Shown here piece after piece: positions 12,981-25,154 of a DNA stretch of 64,000 nt. The DNA is from Chiloscyllium plagiosum (taxonomy: Eukaryota). Under the pieces are notes generated by a model, which saw only the letters and a list, made by a program, of their open reading frames with translations, did not search any database and was not told the DNA's origin. Each line of letters starts with the position of its first letter. Position 1 is the first letter of the stretch. A program made the position numbers and the translations under genes. The stretch spans positions 36,867,067 through 36,931,066 of the forward strand of contig NC_057719.1 of NCBI RefSeq assembly GCF_004010195.1, given 5' to 3'.

Positions 12981-13269
12981 TCTCAATAATTTAAAAATAT
13001 CAATACCAGTGAGACGATGAACTTGAATCAGGGATAGGACTACCAAGGTGGATTTTAATGTTACAGCAGATATTTGATTAAAAATCCACCTTGGGATCAA
13101 CATGACACAAAGGATTTCAACAGATTGGATCCACTTTAGATAGTTGCCAAGGGGGAGGGACAGAATAGGCTGCTAAAGAATAGCTTTTGTGGAATGGGTA
13201 GAAATCAATAGTTTTCGTTTTGCTACTATTCAATTTGATTTATTTTCAGTTCATCCAATACTGCATATC

Positions 13270-13925
13270 AGATGAACAAGCAGATAGATGCCAGCCCGGC
13301 AAAGCTTACTTCCACCTTCTTCCGAAAATTCAAACAGGATTGCACGAGCAGACCCATTGTTTCAGCCTGTTCCTGCACCACAGAACTCAGCTCTTCCTAC
13401 TTTGACCTGGTCTTTTCTCGCGGGTCCAGCCCCTGCCGATTTGCATTTGCAATTCCTCTGACGCTTTACACCAGTTTCAGAATTTCCAATGAGCAGGCTC
13501 CAACTGCCCCCTCTTTACCATGACGTGTAATCCCATCACACATCCACCCCTGCACTCGGAAGGTCTCAGGGCTCTCCGTTTCTTTCTGGGGCAAAGGCCC
13601 AAACCATCCACACCCACTAACATCCACTTCTGCTTGGACAAGCTTGTCCTCACCCTCAACAACTTCTCTTAACATCTCACATTCGTCTCAGGTCAGAGGA
13701 GTGACCATGGATAGCTGCCTGGGCCCTAATAATGCCTGTCTCTTTGAGGGGGTTGTTCCAGTCCTATTCTGCTCCCCACCCACAACTCTTTCTCCAACAT
13801 ATTTAATGAGATAGTTGTCTCGTCCAGAATTGGAAAGGTTCAATGTCACTTCCAATTTCCACCTAACCTCACTGTCACCTAGGCTGACTCCTCCCTTTCC
13901 TCAACATGTTTCCATTTTGGGCACA
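13270..13925 (+). mobile_element. Degraded Penelope-like element, RT region
   Basis: YFHLLPKI, RPIVSACSC.TELSSSYFD, TM.V..L.TS, L.LNNF, QVRGV.M..CLGP-like PLE RT motifs across frames. Confidence 0.75.
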
Positions 13926-13927
13926 GG

Positions 13928-15085
13928 TAGAGTCATAGAGATGTACAGCATGGAAACAGACCCTTCGGTCCAACCCCTCCATGCCGACCAGATATCCCAA
14001 GCCAATCCCACCTGCCAGCAGCTAGCCCATATCCCTCCAAACCCTTCCTATTCAGGTACCCATCCAAATGCCTTTTAAATGTTGCAAATGTACCAGCTTC
14101 CACCACTTCCTCCGACAGCTCATTCTATACACGTACCACCCTCTGCGTGAAAAAGTTGCCCCTTAGATCTCTTTTATATCTTTTCCCTCTCAGCCTAAAC
14201 CTATGCCCTCTAGTTCTGGACTCCCCTACCCCAGGAAAAGACTGTCTATTTACCCTACCCATGCCCCTCATGATTTTATAAACCTCAATAAGGTCACCCC
14301 TCAGCCTCCGACGCTCCAGGGAGAACAGCCCCAGCCTATTCAATCTTTCCCTACAGCACAAATCCTCCAACCCTGGCAACATGCTTGTTAATCTTTTCTG
14401 AACCCTTTCCAATTTCACAACATCTTTCCGATAGGAAGGAGACCAGAATTGCACGCAACATTCCAACAGTGGTCTAACAGTGGTCTTGTACAGCCGCAAC
14501 ATGACCTCCCAACTCCTGTACTCAATACTCTGACCAATAAAGGAAAGCATACCAAACGCCTTCTTCACTATCCTATCTCCCCGCAATCCCACTTTCAAGG
14601 AGCTATGAACCTGCACTCCAAAGTCTATTTGTTCAGCAACACTCCCAAGGACCTTACCATTAGGTGTACAAGTCCTGCTAAGATTTGTTTTCCCAAAGTA
14701 CAGCACCTTGCATTTGTCTGAATTAAACTCCATCTGCCACTTCTTAGCCCATCTGATCAAGAGCCCACTGTAACTGGAGTTAACCTTCTCCGCTGTCCAC
14801 TACACCTCCAATTTTGCTGTCATTTGCAAACTTACTAACTATACCCACATCCAAGTCATTTATATCAAATAATGAAAAGTAGTGGACCCATCACCGAACC
14901 TTGTGGCACTCCACTGGTCACAGGCCTCCAGTCTGAAAAACAACCCTCCACCACCACCCTGTCTTCTACCTTTCAGCCAGTTCTGCATCCAAACAGCTAG
15001 TTCTCCCTGTATTCCATGAGATCTAACCATGGGGAACCTTGTTGAATGCCTTATTGAAGTCCATATAGATTACGTCCATCACTCT
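13928..15085 (-). mobile_element. CR1 (HER1-like) LINE 3' portion nested in the Penelope element
   Basis: ORF 14125-14760: WQMEFNSDKCKVL...RPLLECCVQFWSP...RRRLRGDLIEVYKIM...GNFFTQRVV; tail (tctatgac)n on the minus strand. Confidence 0.92.
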
Positions 15086-15789
15086 CAACACCACACAGCA
15101 TGTTCTCCTGCAACTGCTTAAGGTGTAACACCTGCCCATTTACCTCCTCCCTCTTCAGCAACAAAGGGCCCAAACATACCTGCATTTCACACGATCTAAT
15201 CCACTGCATTCACTGCTCTCCTCTACAATGCGGAAACAAGTTGTAAACTGGGTGACCGCTTCACAAAACATCTACATCCTGTCTGACAAAGACCTGGAAC
15301 TTCCAGTTGCGTGCCACTTCAACACACCACCCTGTTCCCTGACCAATATCTGTCTCAGACCTCCTGCAGTGTTTCAGCACAGTGTAAGCTGAAAGAACAC
15401 CACATTTTCTGCTTGAGGATCCTGCAACCCTCTGTATTCAATATAGAGTTCAATAATTTTAGGGCCCCGAACTCTACCACGCCCTAGTCCCCAACCCTGC
15501 ACACTAGGTCTTATTATCACATAGCCCACCATTACACATGGCCTATTGTTAGCCACCAATGTCTCAATTAACAGATATTCACTCTCCCAGCCAGACTGTT
15601 ATCCATTTCTTTGTCTGTTCAACTTTTTTCTCACTCTTTGGGCTCTATCCCCACCCATCATTTACTCCTTATCCCCTTCCCCTAACTCCATCTTCTGCAT
15701 GGAGAAAGGTGAGGACTGCAGATGCTGGAGATCAGAGCTGAAAATGTGTTGCTGGAAAAGCGCAGGTCAGGCAGCATCCAGGGAATAGG

Positions 15790-15829
15790 AGAATCGACGT
15801 TTCGGGCATAAGCCCTTCTTCAGGATTCC
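15790..15829 (-). ncRNA. Minimal type-I hammerhead ribozyme motif (best-preserved copy; sense to YY1 pre-mRNA)
   Basis: GGAAUC-CUGAAGA-A-GGGC-UUAU-GCCC-GAAA-CG-UC^GAUUCU: 6-bp helix I, 4-bp helix II, palindromic ACGU in place of helix III, GUC cleavage triplet. Confidence 0.75.
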
Positions 15830-15861
15830 TGAAGAAGGGCTTATGTCCGAAACGTCGATTC
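15824..15861 (+). ncRNA. Minimal type-I hammerhead ribozyme motif (opposite arm)
   Basis: GAUUC-CUGAAGA-A-GGGC-UUAU-GUCC-GAAACGUC^GAUUC; helix II with a G-U pair, helix I with a U-U mismatch. Confidence 0.6.
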
Positions 15862-16974
15862 TCCTGTTCCCTGGATGCTGCCTGACCTGCTGCACTTTTC
15901 CAGCAACACATTTTCAGCTCCATCTTCTGCATATAAGCCAACATTTTCCTAGCTACCATCAGTTCTGAGGAAGGGTCACTGGACCCAAAATGTTAACTCC
16001 AATTTCTCTTCACAGATGCTGCCAGATTAGCTGAACTTTTCCAGCATCTTGTTTTTGTTTTATTTTCAGCATCTGCGGTCATTTTGATTTTTAATTTTGA
16101 TATAGTGGGGAAATCAAAGGAAATGATAGTACTACTGCCTATTAGCAGTGTACATGGAAATTAATGCATTGTTTTTCAAGGGTGCAATCAAGGAATAACA
16201 TGTGCATGAAAAATAAGAGGGTAACAGAGCAGAGAAGGTTGTCAGACAATTGCAGAGAATAGTGGAGAGTGAACTGCACTGCTATGGGTCAAGAAACAGA
16301 GGCCAGAATAGGCAAGAACACCACATTTCATTCTCATAGTAGCCTGTAAGAGAGAGATGAACTTTTACAACAATCCAATAGTTACATGTTCAATTTCTTT
16401 TCTTCAGATTTACTTAGTTGTGTTTAAATTCCCCAACGGCCACAGTCTATTTAACCTCCAAACTCAATGTTGCTTATCCATTATTCTTAACAACTAGATC
16501 AATAATATACCAACTATACTATCACACCCATAAGATGAAGCAAAAACCTGTTTTGACAAAAGAAAGAGACCATACAGGTGAGCTGAACAGTAATTTAAGA
16601 TGGGTTTAAGAGTGTCTGTTCATAATCATGACTGTTTGAAGAGTATCTAAGTAAACATTGGTGGAAGGATGAAGAATCAGAAAATAAAAATCTAAAGTGA
16701 ATAGCAAAAAGAAAAGTGGCAAGATGGGGAAAAAGCCTTTTTATATGGTGAGCAGTCACAATCTATATTGCATGACTTAAAAGAAAGTGGAGCCAGATTC
16801 AAAATGGAATTGAGCAAGTAACATTGTCATTGTAGCAGACAATCCATCTTAGACATGGTGCCTTTATATGGCACATCTTTGTGGATGGATGATAGGGTCA
16901 ATCCTGGAGGGGCAAATTCTGCCAGAAGTGAAACAGCTGAGCGTTGAGTGGTTGAATGGGTCTCAGTGCATATT

Positions 16975-17250
16975 TTAGATTCCCTACAGTGTGGAAACAG
17001 GCCCTTCGGCCCAACAAGTCCACACCGACCCTCTGAAGACCCATACCCATTTCCCTACATTTACCCCTTCACCTAACACTACGGGCAATTTAGCATGGCC
17101 AATTCACCTAACCTGCACATTTTTAGACTGTGTGGGAGGAAACCCACGCAGACAGGGAGAATGTGCAAACTCCACACAGACAGTTGCCCGAGGCGGGAAT
17201 TGAACCCGGGTCTCTGACGCTGTGAGGTGGTAGTGCTAACCACTGTGCCA
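16975..17250 (-). mobile_element. tRNA-derived SINE, HE1/V-SINE type
   Basis: Minus strand A-box (tggcacagtggttagcact) and B-box (gggttcaattcc), central gtgcaggttaggtgaattggccatgctaaattgccc domain, CR1-like tail ...ccacactgtagggaatctaa. Confidence 0.85.
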
Positions 17251-17899
17251 AATGACTACTGTGCTTTCTGCAGACAGACAGCATGAATGGGAAAAATAGA
17301 AGAGAACAAAAGCTACAATTCAGGCAAAATAGGAATGAAATAGATTAATTGTGTAGTTCACATTTATTGTGACAGTGACAGAAATAACTGAAGGTTCAAA
17401 AAGCTGAAATCAGTTGATTAGAGTTAAGGACAGGATGTGTTACATTACCAATGTGTGGCAAGTAGCTGGCGAAGCAGAATTGCAAGTACACTTTAGGATA
17501 AAGCAAAAACAATAGAGTTGCAATAATAGAGAATTTAATTTGTCCCACAATAAACTGCTGTAGGGAACCATAAAAAAAGGAAGAAAGCAAGGGAAAAGCA
17601 AAAACAGGATGAGGTCTTCCAAAATGTATACGGGAAAATTTTATCTACATATCTGTTTCGAGTATAATTAGGAACAAAATGCTGGATCTAGTATGGGGGT
17701 GAACTGGAGGAAGTGAAAGATACTTCAGTGGTAAGCATTAATACAATTATGATTACTTATAGGAAAAAGACAAACAAGAAATAGTTAACTGAAACAAGGC
17801 TAATTTAGTGAGTCAACCAGTCTGTAAAATGGATCTGCGGTTCCCAACTTAGCTCTTTTGTCAATGCTAGAACTAAGTGAGAAGAGTGACTACTTTTTA

Positions 17900-19240
17900 C
17901 TGAATGTGACATCGGGAAACCCAAGTAAAATTGAAATCAACATGAATCACGGAAAAGATCTCCTCTTGTCAGTGTCATATCTGTCATACCTAGCAGGAAG
18001 ATGGATGTTGGAGGCGAGTAATCAACACTTCAAGATTTCTCTGCAGGATTGCCTCAGTGTAGTGTCCAAAGCACAAACATCTTCAACTGCTTCATCAATA
18101 ACCTTCCCTCAGTTATAAAATCAGAAGGAAGCAGGTTTGCTGATGTTTAGACAATGTGCAGCACTATTTGCAGTGACTCAGATCATGAAGCAGTCCACTG
18201 CTATTTACAGCAAGACTTGGACAACATCCAGATTTGGACAGAGAAGTAGCAAGTTACATTTGCGCCATTAACTATTGGACAACGACCCCATTTCTGACAA
18301 GAGAGAACCGAAATATAGTCCCATCACATTTGATGGACCCTATTAAATAAAATTGTTTTGGGGAGGAGGGGATTACTTACCATTGACCAGAAACCGAACT
18401 GTACCTAGCGGTGAAAATACTGCGGTTACAAGAGCCGATCAGAGGCTAGGAACCCTACAATGTCTGTTCACATTCTGCAATGCACAAGTCAGGAATGTGT
18501 GGAATGTCTTATGGAATACTCCATACTTGCTTAGATAAGAGAAGCACCAAACTGGACACCATTTAGCACAGCAGGTCATCTGATTGGCACCAGCTGCACA
18601 AATCTTCACTCCCTCCACCAACACTGACACTCAATAGCAGCAGTGTACATCTTCTACAAGATATGCTGCAAATTCCACGAAGCTTCTTTAAAAAGCATCT
18701 TTCAAACCCATTTCTACTTCCATCAAGGATAAGGGCAGCTGAAATTATAAGCAGAAGGGTCTTTAAGGTATCTTTAAGATAAAAGGCAGAAAGCTAACAG
18801 GAGAGTAGAGGATAAGTTCTTTTCATTTAAAGCATGGTATATGTCCAGAACTCTCTCTGAAAGGATAGGTGTGTCAGAAACTCTTAGAACACTTAAGCAA
18901 CATACAGATATTCACTTGCATTGCCATGGCCTCTACGGTTATGGGCCAAAAGCTGAAAAATGGGAGTAGTACAGTCAAATCTTCAATGACCAGTATGAAC
19001 ACGATGGCCCAAATGTAAGTTTCCCTCCACACCACTCCACATTCTGACTTGGAAATATATTGCCATTCCCAGTGTCACTGAGTCAAAGTATTAGAATGCT
19101 TTCCCAACAGCATTATGGGTCTACTTACAACAAATGGACTGCAGTGGTTCAAAATGGCAACCCATCACCACCTTCTCAAGGGCAATTAAAGATGGACAAT
19201 AAATACTGGCCCAGCCAACGCCTACATCCCAAGATTTGTT
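17900..19240 (+). mobile_element. Degraded CR1/L2-group LINE 3' half
   Basis: PQ.SV...IFNCFIN.LPS...FAD and QDLDNIQ.W..K.QVTFAP motifs; related fragment on the minus strand at 48440-48645. Confidence 0.65.
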
Positions 19241-20706
19241 TTTAAAGAAGTGATTTCTGGTGGATGTTTTTCCTGGCAAAGTTCCTCCCTAGTATGATAC
19301 TTTTAACTATATGGAGTAGCATGAGGAAAGAATTTGCTGGTGAGTTTGGAGTTAATTGAATAAAGAAAGACTTGGGTCGGAAGAGACCTTTCCAGTAACT
19401 TGCCTGTTAAAATTTACATTTTATAATGATCAGTGCATATTAATATGCCCTGTTTTAAACACATACAGGATATATGTTAAATAGAAATATACAAAATAAG
19501 TTATACTGGGTTTATATGTATTGTAGGTTAGGACTCAGCTAGAATATTGCAAGCCTCGAAGGTCCAAGAATTCACTGGGATTATTTTGGGGAGGGGCATA
19601 AATTTTGTCTGCAGACTTGTGAAGCTGGTTTGCTAGCTCAAAAAGATTATACATATATTTAATGAAAGATTATGAAGGATTTGTCAGTGTAGCTCAATTA
19701 AGAAAACAAGAACAGTACAATGTAACCAATTTAGAGAAAAAAAAAACACAGACCCAGTCATCACAATTGTGGGTCAAGTCCCTCGTGAATGCCCAGAATT
19801 TCTTTCCACATCTAAACACTTTCAATCTTATTTGTAAAGCTTTACATTTAATAAAGTGGGGCAAGTAAGGGTAAAGGGAATAGCCAGTAAACTTATGGCA
19901 ATAATTCAATTTGATTCAACAGTAAAACTGTGATGCCTAAATAAACGAAAATTATAGATCCAAGCAGGCAAGCAGTCTGTGTGACTCAGAAATCTGCAGC
20001 CCTGAAAATATTTAGTGCTCTAATTATCTTGACTTATACCCTTTACAAATCTATCAATTTCTCTGGATTTTTTTTAAATAAAAACCAGATACACCAAATT
20101 CAGTTTATAGTGCTTCTGGAGTTTTAGAAATCACATTTATCTGAGAAAGATTCTTTGCTAATTTCTTGAGGAATTAACAAAAAAGGTAAAAGCCAAACAA
20201 CCTCATGAGCCTGCCCACTCAACATCACTTCCCTGCATATTGCCCAGATTCAAAATTCAATAATGGTGCAACATTCCAGAAAGTGGACAACTCTAACTAT
20301 TCACAACTCTTTGAATGAAGAAATCTCTCCTCATCACAAGCCAAAATGCCTAGCTCATTAAACCATAACTATGCCTTTTCTGTTGATTGGGGAATCAAAG
20401 ACCAGTTTCAGACTCACCCATCAAGGCTCTTCATATATTTGGATGTTTCAAGTGTACCACCATTTATTCTTCAAAACTCCAGATATTATAGATCAACTTA
20501 CTCATCCCCTCATTTAGGGCAATGCTCTCACACCAGAGACCAACCTTTTCAACCTTCACTATATTGCCTCCATTGCAAATAACTACTTGAAAACCCAAAA
20601 TATAAAAGCTTCCCCCTTTATAAAAAAAAAGCAGCCACGCATCTACTTCATTAGGAGTAAAATAACTTATTAGCCCATTGAGCCAGGTGATGCATTGGCA
20701 TTACAG

Positions 20707-20835
20707 CATTCCTAATGAAGAGCTTATGCTCGAAAAGTCAACTCTCCTGCTCCTTGGATGCTGCCTGACCGGCTGTGCTTTTCCAGCACCACACTTTTTG
20801 ACTCTGATCTCCAGCATTTGCAGTCCTTACTTTCC
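20707..20835 (+). mobile_element. Penelope-derived mini-element (family A), hammerhead core mutated
   Basis: CUAAUGA-A-GAGC-UUAU-GCUC-GAAAAGUC followed by the shared ggatgctgcctgacc...ttttccagcac...tctccagcat tail. Confidence 0.75.
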
Positions 20836-22629
20836 ATCGACACTAGAGCATCCCAACTAGTTACCAGCATTTCATATTGTCTCATCCAATGTGGTCTGAA
20901 TGAGCTTTAACCAAAACCAGCAAAATCTGAGACCCAGAACACTAGGTTCACTGGTTGTGATGCTGTATTTGTATATTCTCCTTTGTGTAGAGATCAAAAT
21001 TACTTTTAAAATAAGTACAAAATCTTGATGGCCTTGCCTGACAATTTGGGTAAATCTGTTCACATATGCACTATAGGAGAGGATTTAGTTCGACTTCTAC
21101 CTTGAAGATCAGATTCTGTGCCATCAGTCAAGATGTCCAGTAGGTTCTCTTGTTGAAAGGGGGGGGGGGGGGGGGGTTTAAGATCAGAGTGGTGCTGGAA
21201 AAGCACAGGTCACGCAGCATCCGAGGAGTAGGAAAAGCCTTGTGGGTACTCCTGAAAAATCCCTGCAGTGTTAAATCCAAGCCTTGGTATAGAGAGTATC
21301 AAGCCAGTGGATTAGAGGAGGCGCAATCGTAGAGGGCTTGGAGCTGAATACCATCTTACTGGCAGTAAATAATTATGGAAAATGATAAAAATACAAATAG
21401 AAAGATGGGGGCCTTCTGAAGCCTGGGTTCAAGTCATAATACATCTGAACAAGTGGATTTAAATTTATATGGAGAAAAATGCATTTTATAAAACTAAAAA
21501 CTTAACAAAGTTCATGTTTTCAACTGGATCATGTGGTTAAACAAAGTGTGCTTTGGTCAATTAACAATTCAAGTTAAGCTCCAGAAACAATTTAATTCAG
21601 GTACAAAAAAAGTAAGGCACTATTTTCCACTTGAAAATTAACAAAAGCAACAGAGAAAGAAAAAGGATAGTTTTTGGAAATTAAATTACATACCAAATAC
21701 TTAGGTTACAGTATAGAATTTACCAAGTAAACATACAGCTAGCTATTCAAGCAGACAAGTGAACCAGTAACTGTTCCACTACATACTAGTGGTATACAGT
21801 TCGGTGAAATCATACAGCACAGGAAGATGGTCACCTCAGTTTTGAAAGATATTACAATTAGCCCAATGTCCTATATTTGCCTCAGAGCCCTGCATCCATT
21901 TTTCTAAAAGTATATCCAATCAGATTCGATAGCAACTTTCAGAAGGCAAGCTAATATTTATTAATTACTCCTTAATGGGTTACAATAACCCACCTTGTTT
22001 ATAATTATGGGACTTGCAATTCCAGAGAACAGCTAACACTTTGTCTTGAATCTGGAGTCATATCCAGGCCAGAGTGGCTCAACGGGTTTGTACCTAACAG
22101 ACATTAGCAAACCAGATAGGTGTTTAACAATCCTGGGAGTTATGTGGTCACTATCACTGAATAGTAGCTTTCCATTACAAATTTACTAAAATTAAACTCC
22201 TCAGCGAGACTTAATAGCGTCATTATACCACGTCATAAGCACTGTCCTACCACTCCAAATCCATCATAAATCCATTCCCTCTAAACTTGTCATTATCTTA
22301 AATCTGCATCCTACGAATACATGCCAACGGAAATAGTTGTTTTTGAGCTACTCTAATCAAAATACCTTATTGTTTTGAATTTTTGTATGAAAAAGTATTC
22401 CCTTAATATTTTATTATCCAAAAGGAGTACAATTCCACGTTCTGATTTCCAATATCTCCTAGTTCTGGAGTCTCTCGACGTTAACATGCAGGTCAGGTGA
22501 CAGTTTAAGAAGGAAATGAAAGTTAACACTGCAATTGCAAGAAGGTTAGAATAGAGAGCAAGCATGTACAGTACTGCCGCGGCTACGCAAGGCTCTGGTC
22601 AGATTGCATTTGGAATATCATGGCAGTTT

Positions 22630-22840
22630 CTGAATTAGTGGTGCGGGAAAAGCGCTGCAGTTCAGGCAGCAACCGAGGAGCAGTAATATCGACGTTTTGG
22701 GCAAAAGCCTTTCATGATGAAGGGCTTTTGCCAGAAATGTCGATTTTACTGCTCCTCGGATGCTGCCTAAACTGCTGTGCTTTTCCAGCACCACTAATCC
22801 AGAATCTGGTTTCCAGCATCGGCAGTCATTGTTTTTACCT
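22630..22840. mobile_element. Palindromic Penelope-derived mini-element inserted in a CR1 3' fragment (about 22500-23300)
   Basis: Inverted arms around ttcatgatgaag; imperfect TSD tatcatggcagttt (22616-22629) / tatcatagtagttt (22843-22856). Confidence 0.8.
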
Positions 22841-25154
22841 ACTATCATAGTAGTTTTGGGACCATGTATGAGGAAAGACATGCTGGCACTGGAGGGGGTT
22901 GAGAGGAGGTTCACAAGAATGATCCCAGGAATGAAGAGTTTAAACTTACAAAAGAGTAGGCCTGAACAGGGTGGACATGGAGAAGATATTTCCATTAATG
23001 AAACAGACTTGGATCTAAGGGCATGGCCTCAAAGTGAAGGGATGACCTTTAGAACAGAGATACTGAAGAATTGCTTCAGTCAGAAGTGGTGAATCAGTGG
23101 AACTCATTGCGGCAGAAGACTGCGAAGACAAGTCATTGAGAGTGTTTAAGATGGAGATAGATAGATTATTAATTAGTAAGGCAATCAAAAATTATGGAAA
23201 AGGCAGAAGAAGTTGAAAGACATTAGTCATGTTTGAATGTCAGAGCAGAATCAAGGAATAAATCAAAAGGTTCTATTTCTTCTCCTCTATCTTATGGTCT
23301 CAAGATAACTGAAATCCCTTACCCTGATACTGTTTGGATAATCCACACTGCATCCTCTTCAAAGCCTTATCTTCCTATATAAAATGGCACCCAAAAGTCA
23401 GACATTACTCTAACAGAGACAGAGACAGTCACTTTCCACTGCCTTTAGTTACAGACCCATCTGCTCCAGTCACATTTTTAAGAAAGCAAACAAGTTTAAT
23501 TTTTTAGCCTTTTCATTTCAATTCAACTGTTCTTTGTAGGGGGAAAGAAAATTCAGAAAGCAACCTTTTCACAGACTCTCTTCAATGCATTAATCCCCCA
23601 CTAGCTTTGCTTTCATAACATCACACAATCTAAAGCGGCTGCATCTGAAACAATGAAGTTTTGGCTAGAAATACTAAACATCATCTCCATAAATCCAAAT
23701 GTTTGAAAGTACAGAAACAATGCTAATTTTATGAATATGAAGTAATTAGGATTAACAAAATTAAAAACACAAACTTGGATACCAACACCAAATTTAAGTA
23801 GGCTATTTCAAAATAATTGTACTATTAGGCGGAGAAAAGAACAAAAATTTTATTTTCATAACTGTTAAAGAACCACTAACATCTTCTGAAACTTCAACTA
23901 TATTACACAAATTTATATAAAAGTAAATCTGAAATAAAAGCTAAGAGCTGAAGGTGGCCTGAGTTTCAAAAACACTTTGTTGGTATACAAGTCTGATTTG
24001 AAAACGTGATCTGATCTAGGCACAGAAAGGTAATCTATTGAATTTACATAGTTAAAAGATTGGTTAACTATGTAAATAGCCAAAATCTAGGATGCACAAA
24101 ATTTTGCACATTGAAGATCGAGTTGGATTTTTGGATTAGTCTCTTCTCCAAACGGATTCTCAATGGATTCCTGCTATTTTGGGGAAGGGGGGCACTAAGC
24201 GATCACACTTGCTTCTAATATTAACTTAATTGATATTGCATAGCGACACTTTGAAGGTTTTTTTTGGGGGGGGGGGAAGCTTGCCAAAATACACTTTGGC
24301 ACATGCATAATTATAACTACTTTCACACCAATCAACCTTGCGACTGAAGAAAAAGTGGTGGGAAAATATGCCAACCTATTAAAGTTTTCCCTTACATAAG
24401 ACCTACTCTCACTTCGAATTTGAACACAATGGCATCTACAAAATCTTAAATACAGGACGTTAAACTGCTCTTTACAGACCTATCTCACCACCTCAAGAGC
24501 GGAAAATAATTTCATTTCAGACACGGTACCAGACCCCCGGGTGACTAATCACTTTTTTTTAAAAAAAGGCATATACAAATTTATTTTGAGTTATCACATT
24601 GTTCCATCTTCGAAGCTTGATTAGGAAAATCAATATTTGAAAAGAAAAATAGCCAACAATACAAAACCCAGACATCGGAATTCCCTCCACCCTTTCTTTT
24701 AATTACAAAAATACAAAAAAAAGGGACGAACTTGATTTTCCAAATCTAACTCGCAAGGATCAGAGAGAGGAAGGAGGCAGAATTGACCAACAAAGAGCCG
24801 CTGAGATGGAGTCTCTCCGCTCCTGCAGCCGCCAGCGATCTCCCCCTCTCCGTACCACCCACTTCAGCGCCGCTGCGCATCCACCGAACTTGATAGCAGC
24901 CAACCGCCCTGCACCCATTCCATTGGTCCCTCTAGCGGAATTCACCCGTCCCATTGGCTTTAGCGCCGCTGTCAATCACTAGTCCCCGCCTTCCACACTG
25001 CTCCCCTTGCTGAATGACGTGGGTACGTGCAGCAGGTTTGGCTGCGCGGCGGCTGAAAGTCGAACTACGCCATGAGGCCTAGCGCGAGCGAGCGCCTAAC
25101 GGTCAGAGCAGCGCCAAGGCCCGAAAAGCAGCAGCGCACTCGCTCCTGCACCGC

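Larger units (their letters stand above)
15701..15917. mobile_element. Palindromic Penelope-derived mini-element (family A) with a hammerhead motif on each strand
   Basis: About 90-bp inverted arms centred near 15826; perfect 15-bp TSD ctccatcttctgcat (15686-15700 / 15918-15932). Confidence 0.88.
15090..16095 (+). mobile_element. Penelope-like element 3' part: GIY-YIG endonuclease remnant and pseudo-LTR (family B) with a decayed hammerhead
   Basis: LGDRF.KHL, LPVACHFN, LQP...NIEFNNF GIY-YIG C-terminal motifs; AGUU-CUGAGGA-A-GGGUC-ACUG-GACCC-AAAAUGUU-AACU at 15961-15998. Confidence 0.75.

Noticed and set aside
15701..15917. Palindromes interpreted as MITEs, CRISPR repeats or terminators
   Set aside because: Asymmetric ends, variable 12-15 bp TSDs and identity to the 3' terminus of a GIY-YIG Penelope element indicate retro-origin; the DNA is eukaryotic and has no repeat-spacer array.
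16975..17250. tRNA genes at A/B-box motifs (also 38003, 39578, 43325, 45695, 51723)
   Set aside because: The boxes are the heads of tRNA-derived SINEs, followed by SINE body and LINE-derived tail; no complete cloverleaf.
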